Positions 40,426-49,451 of a stretch of 64,000 nucleotides of DNA are shown piece after piece. The stretch spans positions 1 to 64,000 of the forward strand of contig JBPCLP010000011.1 of assembly GCA_051003195.1 (NCBI GenBank), read 5' to 3'. The notes beneath the pieces were generated by a model, which was not told the DNA's origin, did no database searches, and worked only from the letters and a program-made list of their open reading frames with translations. Position 1 is the first letter of the stretch. Each line of letters begins with the position of its first letter. The DNA comes from Candidatus Sumerlaeaceae bacterium. GTDB taxonomy: Bacteria; Sumerlaeota; Sumerlaeia; Sumerlaeales; Sumerlaeaceae. The translations under genes were made by a program, and so were the position numbers.

Positions 40426-41150
40426 CTGTTTCCGCGCTGCTTCGATATGCGGAGGTACTTACGGACTTTGTGTTTCCACGAATCTGCTGCGGCTGTGAAC
40501 AGCGGATTCCGGAGCCGCGACGGATCCTTTGCGAGGACTGCGAGAAAGGTTTCGAGCCGCTGCGCCTGCCCATTTGCGATACGTGCGGCTGCCCGGATGC
40601 GCAACTCAAAGGCGCTGGCAGATGCAACGATTGTCCCGGCAGCTACATTGCGTTTGAAAAAGCGCGGGGCAGTGTTGCTTTTGCCGGCACTGCACGCCTC
40701 GTGGTTGAAAAGCTTAAGTATCAGGGGCGATTGGAATATGCGGCGCTGATGGCGCGACACATGTTCAACACCGTGCTAAACCAATTTAGCGAGGTCGCTT
40801 ATGACAGCATTGTGCCGGTTCCGTTGCATTCCGCGCGATTACGTGAACGCGGGTTCAATCAGTCGCGCGAACTCGCCCGCCACCTCAGTGAATTTTCTGG
40901 CGTGCCTGTGGCATCCGCGCTCGTGAGGACGCGGCCTACTCCCAGCCAGACTCGGCTGAACCGCCGCGAACGTGCTCGCAATATTGCAGGGGCATTTGAT
41001 GTCGCAAAAACGGCCAACCCCCTGAATCACTGTCTGGTGGTGGATGACGTTTACACCACAGGCGCTACTTTGAATGAGTGCGCCGGGGTCTTGCGCAACG
41101 CAGGTGCGACGTCGATTCACTGCATTGCCTTCGCTCGGGCCATTCTTTAA
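40422..41150 (+). CDS. comF: ComF family (double zinc ribbon + PRTase)
   Basis: CxxC pairs, [28 protein letters not shown]; start approximate. Confidence 0.9.
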   Translation: MTVSALLRYAEVLTDFVFPRICCGCEQRIPEPRRILCEDCEKGFEPLRLPICDTCGCPDAQLKGAGRCNDCPGSYIAFEKARGSVAFAGTARLVVEKLKYQGRLEYAALMARHMFNTVLNQFSEVAYDSIVPVPLHSARLRERGFNQSRELARHLSEFSGVPVASALVRTRPTPSQTRLNRRERARNIAGAFDVAKTANPLNHCLVVDDVYTTGATLNECAGVLRNAGATSIHCIAFARAIL

Positions 41151-41248
41151 CCCGGTTCACAAATGCATTGCAGGCCTTCAGAAGCTGGCACTAGTTGTGC
41201 CCCAGGCTGGCTGCCGACCAGCATTCAATCGGAGTCTTTCGCCAGTTT

Positions 41249-42007
41249 ATGATACGTAAGCTTTGGAATCGCGACAAGTGGCTGCTCACGCCGCAGATCG
41301 AACACGCGCGGCTGGCTGGGTTGATCGCCGCATCGTGGAACTATTCTGGCGACAAGCCTTCTGACGAAGTAATTCAGTCGATTCGTCGCCACGACGATGG
41401 ATGGAAAGAAGCCGATGAAACGCCGCTTGTGAACGCCGCCGGCGCTCCAATGAACTTTGACGAGGGCGAACTCGCGCGGTCCACTGGCATCTGGAGCCGT
41501 TCGTCGCAGCTGCTCGCAGACGAAGGCAAACTGGTCGGCGCAGCTCTTGTCGCCTCCCACTTTCTCTATTTTGCGGAGAACACCGTGGATCTTTCGAAAG
41601 CCAGCGCTCGCGCAGCGGTTGCGGCGGGAAAATTTATCGCACAACAGCGGGCTCTCGTACAGAAAGCTAAGTCTGCGTCCTCAACCATTTCCGATTCTGA
41701 GTTTCAAAAGCATCTTCGCTTGTTGCAGGTATGCGACGCTATATCGATTCTTCTGTGCGGGGATTTTATTGGCGAGCATCAGCTTGTCGATGTGCCGTAT
41801 CTGGATGGCAGCACTACCTTAAATCTCTCGCGTAAGTCCGATAATCTCACGCTTACGCTTTCACCTCTGCCGTTTAAGAAAAACCTGCGCGATCACGTGA
41901 ATTGTTTCATCGTCCCACGCCGGATATATGAAACAAGCGAGGAGCTCCAATCCACATTGAAAAGCACCAGGGCCTCCAATAATGAAGTGCACCTGGGCGG
42001 CAGCTAG
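41249..42007 (+). CDS. DUF3891-like protein
   Basis: QIEHARLAGLIAASW, HDDGW...D, LQVCDAIS; GGAG upstream. Confidence 0.7.
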   Translation: MIRKLWNRDKWLLTPQIEHARLAGLIAASWNYSGDKPSDEVIQSIRRHDDGWKEADETPLVNAAGAPMNFDEGELARSTGIWSRSSQLLADEGKLVGAALVASHFLYFAENTVDLSKASARAAVAAGKFIAQQRALVQKAKSASSTISDSEFQKHLRLLQVCDAISILLCGDFIGEHQLVDVPYLDGSTTLNLSRKSDNLTLTLSPLPFKKNLRDHVNCFIVPRRIYETSEELQSTLKSTRASNNEVHLGGS

Positions 42008-42102
42008 CGCGCCATCGCGCCGCAGCCTGTTTTCTCTTGCGAACGGTGTGTCGCAGCATTCTCATAATACACGATTTGATTCCTGCCGAGGACAAACCGA
42101 AC

Positions 42103-42588
42103 ATGCATAGTTTTCCCGTTGTTGCCGCTCTCCGCTCCGTGCGTTCCGCGCTTCCTGCCATATTTCTATGTGGTCTTATGGTCGTTATATCTGCCTGCGC
42201 CAGCACCGCTCCGCCTCCTTCAAATCCCGGGCTTTGCAAACAAGGCATTGATGTGCCACTCAACTATGGCGGTCGCGAATACATCTGCCTGTACAATCTG
42301 GAGCGCCTGCTCGACGCAAAACAAGAGTGGGCACGCGATAACAACGCTGGTCGCGGTGCGCTCGTTCCGTCGCCGCAATCGCTCGCCAATAAATATTTCA
42401 GAAACTACAAATATGGCCGCCGCTCACCTTGCGATGACGAGCGCCAGAAATACGATGCTTATCAGCCGATCTGCCCGAGTGGTGGGCAATACATCATTGG
42501 GACAGTTGGTGAGCGACCGAAATGCTCTCAGCACGGAGACCTGCTGCGTGATTTCGATCAGCACATTCGCGTACCTCACACGCACTGA
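42103..42588 (+). CDS. Putative lipoprotein with pilin-like C-terminal disulfide motif
   Basis: Hydrophobic stretch + ISAC lipobox-like; C..NL..L..AK.EW and CPSGGQY.IG......CS.HG. Confidence 0.6.
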   Translation: MHSFPVVAALRSVRSALPAIFLCGLMVVISACASTAPPPSNPGLCKQGIDVPLNYGGREYICLYNLERLLDAKQEWARDNNAGRGALVPSPQSLANKYFRNYKYGRRSPCDDERQKYDAYQPICPSGGQYIIGTVGERPKCSQHGDLLRDFDQHIRVPHTH

Positions 42589-42697
42589 TCACATACCACC
42601 GACTCAAACTGTAAGGATTTCGTGATTCAATTTGCCAATCCGTTGACAGGTACGTGCTGAGCAACCTCATACTGCGGTCCCAGGCTTTAGCCGGGAG

Positions 42698-43363
42698 GTG
42701 CATTTCGACACCCGCGCTGTCAGTAAACTTCCGCCTGCTCCTTTCTTGAGCGAAGAGCCCATCAACATCGGCGTTCTTGCCTCCGGCCGCGGATCCAACT
42801 TCGCCGCGTTGCTCAAACACCAGGAGCAAGGCTACTTTGAAAAGGCACGCCTGGCCTGTCTCGTCTCAAACATTCCATCGGCCGGCGCGCTGCAGATCGC
42901 AACGGACGCCGGGCTGCCCGCGCTTTGCATCCGGCCAAAAGAATACACACTACCCCAGCAGTATGAAGCCGCACTTGTCGCCGAGATGGACCAGCACTCA
43001 GTCGAGTGGCTGGCACTCGCAGGATACATGAAGATCGTCGGCCCCACGTTGCTTGGGCGCTACCCTGACCGCATCATCAACATCCACCCTTCCCTCCTTC
43101 CCGCATTCCCCGGTCTTCACGCGCAGCGCCAGGCGCTTGAACACGGAGTCCGCGTCTCAGGCTGTACCGTCCACTTTGTTGACGCCGGTATGGACACGGG
43201 GCCGATCATCGGCCAGCGCTCTGTTCCAGTGCACACCCTCGACACGGAAGCCATGCTTTCCGCCCGTATTCTTGAGCAGGAACATCAACTCTACGCCGAG
43301 TGCCTCAAATCCATTACCGAGCGCCCCTGGCACCTCGACGGCCGACGCGTCATTTTCGACTAG
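42698..43363 (+). CDS. purN: Phosphoribosylglycinamide formyltransferase
   Basis: LASGRGSNF, LAGYMKI, NIHPSLLPAFPG, GCTVHFVD..MDTGPII. Confidence 0.98.
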   Translation: MHFDTRAVSKLPPAPFLSEEPINIGVLASGRGSNFAALLKHQEQGYFEKARLACLVSNIPSAGALQIATDAGLPALCIRPKEYTLPQQYEAALVAEMDQHSVEWLALAGYMKIVGPTLLGRYPDRIINIHPSLLPAFPGLHAQRQALEHGVRVSGCTVHFVDAGMDTGPIIGQRSVPVHTLDTEAMLSARILEQEHQLYAECLKSITERPWHLDGRRVIFD

Positions 43364-43397
43364 CCTTGCGCCCTTTGCGAAGAGACAACCGCCGCCG

Positions 43398-44696
43398 ATG
43401 ATCGACCGCTATTCCACCCCCGAGATGTTCAAGCTCTGGAGCGAGCAGACCAAATTTGAGTCGTGGCTCGACGTCGAGCTCGCGGCGTGCGAGGCCTGGG
43501 CCGCCACCGGGAAAATTCCTGCCGACGACCTGAAAGCCATTCGCGACAAAGCGAAGTTCGACGTCGCGCGCATTGAAGAGCTCGACCGAAAACTGCACCA
43601 CGACGTAATCGCCTTCACGACGAATCTCGCCGAGAACATCGGGCCTTCGAGCCGATTTGTTCACATGGGACTGACATCAACAGACGTTGTCGACACAGCG
43701 CAATCGCTTCGCCTGCGAAAAGCCGGTCAACTCATCCTGGTCGAAATAAACAATCTCATAACGATTCTGCACAATTTTGCGTATCAGCACAAACACACCG
43801 TTATGATCGGCCGAACCCATGGTGTGCATGCCGAACCCATTACGCTCGGTTTGAAGTTCCTCGTTTTTCACCAGGAAATGCTGCGCAACCGTACCCGCGT
43901 GCAGAACGCGCTTGCGGACGTCGCCGTTGGCAAAATCAGCGGCGCTGTTGGCACCCACGCGCATACGGGCCCGGATTTTGAGGAACGAATATGCAAGGCG
44001 CTTAAGCTCGCGCCTGCTCCTGTCGCCACCCAGGTTCTTCAGCGGGACCGCCACGCCGCCTTAATAGCGGTACTCACGGTATGTGCCGGCACCATTGAAA
44101 AAATCGCGGTGGAAATCCGGCACCTCCAACGCACTGAAGTGCGCGAACTTGAAGAGCCTTTCGCCAAAGGGCAAAAGGGTAGCAGCGCAATGCCTCATAA
44201 ACGTAACCCTGTGAAATGCGAACAGCTCACAGGACTTGCGCGCCTTTTTCGAGGCTATGCGATAACGGCGTTCGAGAACCAGGCGCTTTGGCACGAGCGC
44301 GACATCAGCCACTCGTCCGCCGAACGCGTGATTCTGTCCGACGCGACCACGTTACTTCACTACATGCTGCGGCAAATGATCAAGGTGGTGAGTGGGCTGC
44401 ACGTGTATCCGGATTCGATGCTTGCCAATCTCAACCAGACGCGCGGCCTGTTGTTTTCCCAGAAAATCCTGCTGGAACTCGTAAACGCAGGACTCAGCCG
44501 GGAGGATGCCTACGAGATCGTGCAGTCTGCCGCGATGCGTACGTGGGCTGACAAAAACACGTCGCTTCGCGACGAACTGCTGCAGGACACAAGGTTCTCC
44601 GGAACCATAGACGCACAAACGCTGGAGGGTCTCCTCGACCCAGCCAGCTTTCTACTCCACCTCGAAGCGATTTTCTCGAGGGCCCAGAAATCCTAA
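43398..44696 (+). CDS. purB: Adenylosuccinate lyase
   Basis: MIDRY, HDVIAF, GRTHGVHAEP, GSSAMPHKRNP, WHERDISHSS. Confidence 0.98.
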   Translation: MIDRYSTPEMFKLWSEQTKFESWLDVELAACEAWAATGKIPADDLKAIRDKAKFDVARIEELDRKLHHDVIAFTTNLAENIGPSSRFVHMGLTSTDVVDTAQSLRLRKAGQLILVEINNLITILHNFAYQHKHTVMIGRTHGVHAEPITLGLKFLVFHQEMLRNRTRVQNALADVAVGKISGAVGTHAHTGPDFEERICKALKLAPAPVATQVLQRDRHAALIAVLTVCAGTIEKIAVEIRHLQRTEVRELEEPFAKGQKGSSAMPHKRNPVKCEQLTGLARLFRGYAITAFENQALWHERDISHSSAERVILSDATTLLHYMLRQMIKVVSGLHVYPDSMLANLNQTRGLLFSQKILLELVNAGLSREDAYEIVQSAAMRTWADKNTSLRDELLQDTRFSGTIDAQTLEGLLDPASFLLHLEAIFSRAQKS

Positions 44697-44772
44697 CCTG
44701 GTGCGCTGTCTTAGAGTTTTGCAGGCATAATTCCGAATTGCGGCTTTTGGAATCCGCGGCCCGCAGGTTTTT

Positions 44773-44877
44773 CGCGCCGAAGGTGCGGCGGGTCACAGCC
44801 CAGGGTCAGGATTCCGGCTTTTTGGAATCCGCAGCCCTGGGACACAGCACCCCATTTTTCGCGCCCTGAAGGGGCGC
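44773..44877. repeat. REP-like composite palindromic element
   Basis: CGCGCCGAAGGTGCG / CCCAGGG..GGATTCC..GGAATCC..CCCTGGG / GCGCCCTGAAGGGGCGC. Confidence 0.65.
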
Positions 44878-44910
44878 CGGAAACCGAAAATTTGTACGAG
44901 GGACACCACA

Positions 44911-44977
44911 CTGGTGTGCCGAATCAGCAGGTCCCTACCACACCAAAGCGCAGACTTGACCTCAATTCGGCACAAAG
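44911..44977. repeat. Dispersed repeat with terminal inverted repeats (copy 2 of the 30115 element)
   Basis: CTGGTGTGCCGAATCAG...GCAGACTTGACCTC.ATTCGGCACA. Confidence 0.8.
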
Positions 44978-44995
44978 AACTCCACACCAGAATTT

Positions 44996-45160
44996 TTAGC
45001 TTCTGATTCCGCGGCGGGGATCCGGCGGCTGATTGTTGATGACCGCATGCCGCACATCCCTGCGAACATCATGGCCTGCTCGCTCACGTGTGAAGTACGC
45101 AATTCCGATTACGATGACCAATGCGAGGAATGTGGTGATGCCCAGTATGGGAAGAAACAT
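44996..45160 (-). CDS. Small single-TM protein (54 aa), not in the ORF track
   Basis: MFLPILGITTFLALVIVIGIAYFTRERAGHDVRRDVRHAVINNQPPDPRRGIRS*; AGGAGG upstream; follows the 108-aa ORF. Confidence 0.65.
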   Translation of the reverse strand: MFLPILGITTFLALVIVIGIAYFTRERAGHDVRRDVRHAVINNQPPDPRRGIRS

Positions 45161-45187
45161 AGTTCGCTCTCCTCCTGCAGATTGTAG

Positions 45188-45514
45188 TTAAGCGTTACCG
45201 CGTCGTTCAACTTCGTCGATACTTTCGTCCTGCCGTACATCGGATGCGCCACCGGGGCCAAACCCGGTGAGCCCCTCATCCGGTCCGCCTGCACGGCGTC
45301 CCTCCGGTATTTCGTCAAACGCTTCCCGCAACGGCTTCTCCCCGGCATCTGCTGAGGCATAATAATCCGTTTCGCCACCCTCACCGGGTTTACCGAAAGA
45401 ATCGCGCGCATTCAGTCCCGGCGCGACGTCCCGCCGCCTTCGCGGCCTCTTCGAACCGGAGACCCTATTCTCGTCGATCATCTTATCCGCCTGCTGACGA
45501 TTAGCATTTTCCAT
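45188..45514 (-). CDS. Hypothetical hydrophilic protein (108 aa)
   Basis: CAGGAG RBS before ATG; charged, Gly-rich; no competing gene. Confidence 0.6.
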   Translation of the reverse strand: MENANRQQADKMIDENRVSGSKRPRRRRDVAPGLNARDSFGKPGEGGETDYYASADAGEKPLREAFDEIPEGRRAGGPDEGLTGFGPGGASDVRQDESIDEVERRGNA

Positions 45515-45758
45515 AATCCGGCTCCTGCTCTGCTTTGGTTACACTCGGATACCAGCAAGCCCCGGTCCAAGCTTGAGCTTTCCATGCGCGACAAAGATGA
45601 GCTACGAGTTTGCATACCTAATTGATACGTATAGTTTTACATGAAGAATTCACTCTGGCTTGATAAAGCGTCTTTTAGGATGGTAACAAATTTGCCGTCG
45701 ATCCAGTTCCGCTTTTTCCCCCCACGCCGTCGATCGAACTCCTGCAAGATACGGTGCC

Positions 45759-45944
45759 ATGTCACTAACTCAAACGATTCGCTGCCCGGCAATTGCTGCC
45801 GTAATCCAGATTTCTGTCACTATGACGTGGGGAGCCATCGTCAATGTGCCGGCAAACCAGCCTACCATCGGAGCGGGAATAAACGTAGCGCAACGTGGAC
45901 CAGCGGTGCTGCTGTCCAGAATCAGCGAGTGGTCTATATATTAG
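45759..45944 (+). pseudogene. Probable 5' remnant of a secreted beta-helix-type protein gene
   Basis: Signal-like segment then AIVNVPANQPTIGAGINVA, a typical start of right-handed beta-helix proteins; premature stop. Confidence 0.45.
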
Positions 45945-46053
45945 TGTGGTCCACCGTTATCGTAGTCCGGGCTCGCAGCCCGGCCTCTCCGTCCATTTCC
46001 GATAACGCAAATTAACTGGACCAGTAACCACAGGCCGCTGCACGTTCGCTGGC

Positions 46054-46998
46054 ATGGCTGATTCATCTTCCCATATTGGGACGGCTCTCCGGCAAAACCT
46101 GGGTCGCGTAATACTTGGCAAGCCGGAAGTCATCGACCTCGTTCTGACCGTGCTTCTGGCGAACGGCCACGTGTTAATTGAAGACGTTCCTGGTCTTGGA
46201 AAAACGCTGCTCGCCAAAGCGCTCGCGCGCAGCATTGATGCGCCGTTTCAGCGGATCCAGTTCACACCTGATCTTCTTCCATCTGACATTACTGGCACAT
46301 CCGTGTATAATGAACGTGAACTCTCGTTCGATTTCCGGCCTGGGCCGGTATTCACCAGCATCCTCCTTGGTGACGAACTGAATCGCGCAACTCCGCGCAC
46401 CCAAAGTGCGCTGCTCGAAGCAATGGAGGAACGGCAGGTGAGCGTCGAAGGCACCACGCACCAGTTGCCTGCGATGTTCTTCGTCATGGCAACGCAGAAC
46501 CCTGTTGAGCAGCAGGGCGTCTACGATCTGCCAGAGGCGCAGCTGGATCGTTTTCTGATGCAGGTCTCCATCGGCTACCCGCGCCGCCACGATGAGGTAG
46601 AGATTGTACGCAGCCAGTTGCAGCAGCGACCGCTGGATTCTCTTCAACCCGTAACCACCGCCGATGAGCTTGTAGCTGCCCAGCATGAGGTGCGCGCGAT
46701 CCACGTGGACGATACATTAATTGAATACGCAGTCAAACTTACGGACACAACGCGACTGCATCCGGATCTCGTGCTCGGCGCCAGCCCTCGAGCAAGTCTC
46801 GCACTTGTGGTCGCGTCGCAGGCGCGCAGTTACCTGGAAGGCCTGGCGTATGTTCTTCCCGACACAATGAAACAGCTCGCCATCCCGGTCCTGCGGCACC
46901 GCCTCATCCTGAAGCCGCAGAGTATGCTCGGCGGAAAAACCGCGGAACACATCATCCGCGATATCCTTGAACAGGTCGAGCTGCCGCTCGCCGTGTAG
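46054..46998 (+). CDS. MoxR family AAA+ ATPase
   Basis: HVLIEDVPGLGKT, RIQFTPDLLPSD, DELNRATPRTQSALLEAM, LPEAQLDRF. Confidence 0.97.
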   Translation: MADSSSHIGTALRQNLGRVILGKPEVIDLVLTVLLANGHVLIEDVPGLGKTLLAKALARSIDAPFQRIQFTPDLLPSDITGTSVYNERELSFDFRPGPVFTSILLGDELNRATPRTQSALLEAMEERQVSVEGTTHQLPAMFFVMATQNPVEQQGVYDLPEAQLDRFLMQVSIGYPRRHDEVEIVRSQLQQRPLDSLQPVTTADELVAAQHEVRAIHVDDTLIEYAVKLTDTTRLHPDLVLGASPRASLALVVASQARSYLEGLAYVLPDTMKQLAIPVLRHRLILKPQSMLGGKTAEHIIRDILEQVELPLAV

Positions 46999-47004
46999 CG
47001 CAAG

Positions 47005-48276
47005 ATGGCCCAGCAGGACCTTTCGTTTCGCTTCATGACACGCCGCAATGCGGTGCTGTTTCTTGCTTCCTTTCTACTGGTGATTGGCTTCGGCACCGGC
47101 ACCCGAGCGATTATCTTTTTTGCTGAACTACTCGTTCTTACAATGCTGGGCGAATGCTTTCTTGGGGCGCGCGCGCTCGACCTGGTCCGCGTCGGGCGCA
47201 GCCACTATCCCCGCAGCTTCGAGGGAAGCCAGATCGAGGTGCGCCTTAATGTAACGAACGAAGGTTCGACACCCGTCTACATGCTCGTGGTGACCGACAG
47301 TTTCCCTCCTGGCAGCAATTATCACGTTCGGCAGATGGCAACGCACTTACCAGCCCGCAGCGAAATCGCATTCCGGTATCGCGAAGTCTGCTCGCGCCGT
47401 CGGGGACTGTACGTCCTGGGTCCCATCCGCCTGCAGGCATCCGACCCGCTTGGCCTGTTCACCTTTGAGCGGACGGAAAACGAACTCTCTAAACTTCTGG
47501 TCTACCCGACAGCCGAACAACTCGTTGGTTTCAACGTACTCGGTGCCGGCACGCACGCAAACGTAGGAAGCGAGATCGTGCGACATATCGGCCGCAGCGA
47601 GGAGTTCGAGCGGCTGCGGGCCTACCACCGCGGCGATCCCCCCCGCCTCATCCATTGGCGTTCGTCCGCGCGGCTGGGTGCCTTGCATGTTAAGGAATTC
47701 GAGCGCAACGTGGTAACGCAGGTTACCATTTACTGCGATCTCCACCTGGTCGCGCTTTCCGGACTCGGCGATCTTACCTCGGTCGAGTACCGCATTAAAG
47801 TGGCCGGCTCCATCGCGCAGGAAGCAATTCATCGGCATCACTTCGTGCGAGTCGTTGCATTAAAGCAACCGAGGGAAGAGACGCGTCTGGCCGGAGGCTC
47901 GCAACACCTTACTGCGATCCTGGACTGGCTCGCACTTCTGAAGCCAGCGGGCAGCGGCAGCGTGGAAGAGCAATTGATTGCCGAATCCGGAATGCAGCGC
48001 CGCGGTTCCACCGTCATTCTCGTCCTTAGCAGCATTCATCTCAATGCGGCACGCCTTCTCGATGCGGTTACGTTGCTTCACATGCGGCGGGTCAAGGTAC
48101 TCGCCGTGCTCGTCGACGACCGCAGTTTCATCAAACTCCGCAAGGAGCAGGAGGAATACTATCAGAAGGCTCCGCCGCTCAAGACTGTCGCGGCCGCACT
48201 CACTCGCGCTGGTGTAGTGACCTACACCATTCGCAACCAGGAGAGCGTGACCAGGCGGCTTGGAGTGCCTGTATGA
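47005..48276 (+). CDS. DUF58 domain protein
   Basis: RRG.Y.LGP....DPLGL, LRAYHRGDPPRLIHWRSSAR, VKEFE. Confidence 0.93.
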   Translation: MAQQDLSFRFMTRRNAVLFLASFLLVIGFGTGTRAIIFFAELLVLTMLGECFLGARALDLVRVGRSHYPRSFEGSQIEVRLNVTNEGSTPVYMLVVTDSFPPGSNYHVRQMATHLPARSEIAFRYREVCSRRRGLYVLGPIRLQASDPLGLFTFERTENELSKLLVYPTAEQLVGFNVLGAGTHANVGSEIVRHIGRSEEFERLRAYHRGDPPRLIHWRSSARLGALHVKEFERNVVTQVTIYCDLHLVALSGLGDLTSVEYRIKVAGSIAQEAIHRHHFVRVVALKQPREETRLAGGSQHLTAILDWLALLKPAGSGSVEEQLIAESGMQRRGSTVILVLSSIHLNAARLLDAVTLLHMRRVKVLAVLVDDRSFIKLRKEQEEYYQKAPPLKTVAAALTRAGVVTYTIRNQESVTRRLGVPV

Positions 48277-49451
48277 AGAGCTACGAACTGGACCATGCGC
48301 AGAACATCGTGACACTTGGCACCGGCGTCATGCTCACGGCGACAGCTCTCACGAGCTTCAGTTTCTTGTTAGGGTTCAACGTACTCTTTGAGTTTCCTGA
48401 TTATCTGAATCCAGCGCTGACTGTGCTGCTGGCGCTGTGCGTTGGCTTCGCGATGGCCTCCCGCGTCTCCATGATCGATCTATGGAAAACGATGGAGCAC
48501 AACACGCGCCTCGCTCTTATCGTCTTCCTCGGTCTGTACTTCGCGCTGACTTCCATGGCGCCGGGCCACTTCTCTCCGTTCGCCGGCTTAGTCGCACTTC
48601 ATGTCCCAGCGGCACTCACCCTTGTGTCAGACCGCGGATTTGCGCGGCTCTATATCCTTACCGGCCTGACTTCCGCATTCGCCGTTCTCAACTTTCTGCC
48701 ACATGTGGCCGCGTGCCTGCTCGCCGTGTACGGGCTGCTGCTGTTTCTCACCCTTAGCTATGAGAACTTTTTCTTTCGATTACTTTCGCAGCCCGTTTCC
48801 ACTCCGGTGAGCGGCTGGCTTCCGCTCCTGCTGGCGGCATCGAGATACATCCTCTTTGCAGCGCCGGCGTGGCTGCTGTGGCGGTTCGTTCCGACACCCC
48901 CGCCGTTTCTGTTTCATCCAAGTGATGTCGATCGCGAACAGCAGCGCCAGCGCCCCATCTCCGATCCCGCTTCGTTCAATGCCAGTCTCGTGAAAGCGTT
49001 CCTGTACACAATGGCGCTCATCCTGCTTCTGCTCGGGCTCATTGCCATGCTCCGCTACCTGCACTCAAAGTTCCGACGCAAAGGTGGCGAACTCCTGCCC
49101 GAATCGATCGGCGTACCCGTTGGATCTTTACAGAAATTGTCGAGAGCTGAGAATCAGCGCACCGAACGTGGCAACGATCCCCTCGCACAAATCGTCAAGG
49201 AGTACGAAAGGTTTTCAACCGCGCTTCGCTCCGACCTGGCACAGCGCGCCCCAAGCCAGACGCCCGAAGAGTTCGCAACTCGCCTGCGTAACCTTGCGGC
49301 TATTCCCGGTCCGCTTCTCAGCGATATCACTGCCGAGTTTTCCACCGCCCGTTATGCTCCGCAGGAAGTTACGTGGGAGACCGCCGAACGTTTCACCGGG
49401 CTTATAGAGCAAGCCGTTCATTCCGACGACGACGCTGAAAAGCCAGCTTAG
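48273..49451 (+). CDS. Membrane protein with C-terminal DUF4129
   Basis: Many TM helices; C-terminal Y..F......RAPSQTPEEFA.RL....IT..F..ARY. Confidence 0.8.
   Translation: MKSYELDHAQNIVTLGTGVMLTATALTSFSFLLGFNVLFEFPDYLNPALTVLLALCVGFAMASRVSMIDLWKTMEHNTRLALIVFLGLYFALTSMAPGHFSPFAGLVALHVPAALTLVSDRGFARLYILTGLTSAFAVLNFLPHVAACLLAVYGLLLFLTLSYENFFFRLLSQPVSTPVSGWLPLLLAASRYILFAAPAWLLWRFVPTPPPFLFHPSDVDREQQRQRPISDPASFNASLVKAFLYTMALILLLLGLIAMLRYLHSKFRRKGGELLPESIGVPVGSLQKLSRAENQRTERGNDPLAQIVKEYERFSTALRSDLAQRAPSQTPEEFATRLRNLAAIPGPLLSDITAEFSTARYAPQEVTWETAERFTGLIEQAVHSDDDAEKPA

Noticed and set aside
40185..43397. Long N-terminal extensions of comF (40185) and purB (43053) in the ORF track
   Set aside because: They overlap pgk and purN in other frames; family motifs begin at about 40422 and 43398
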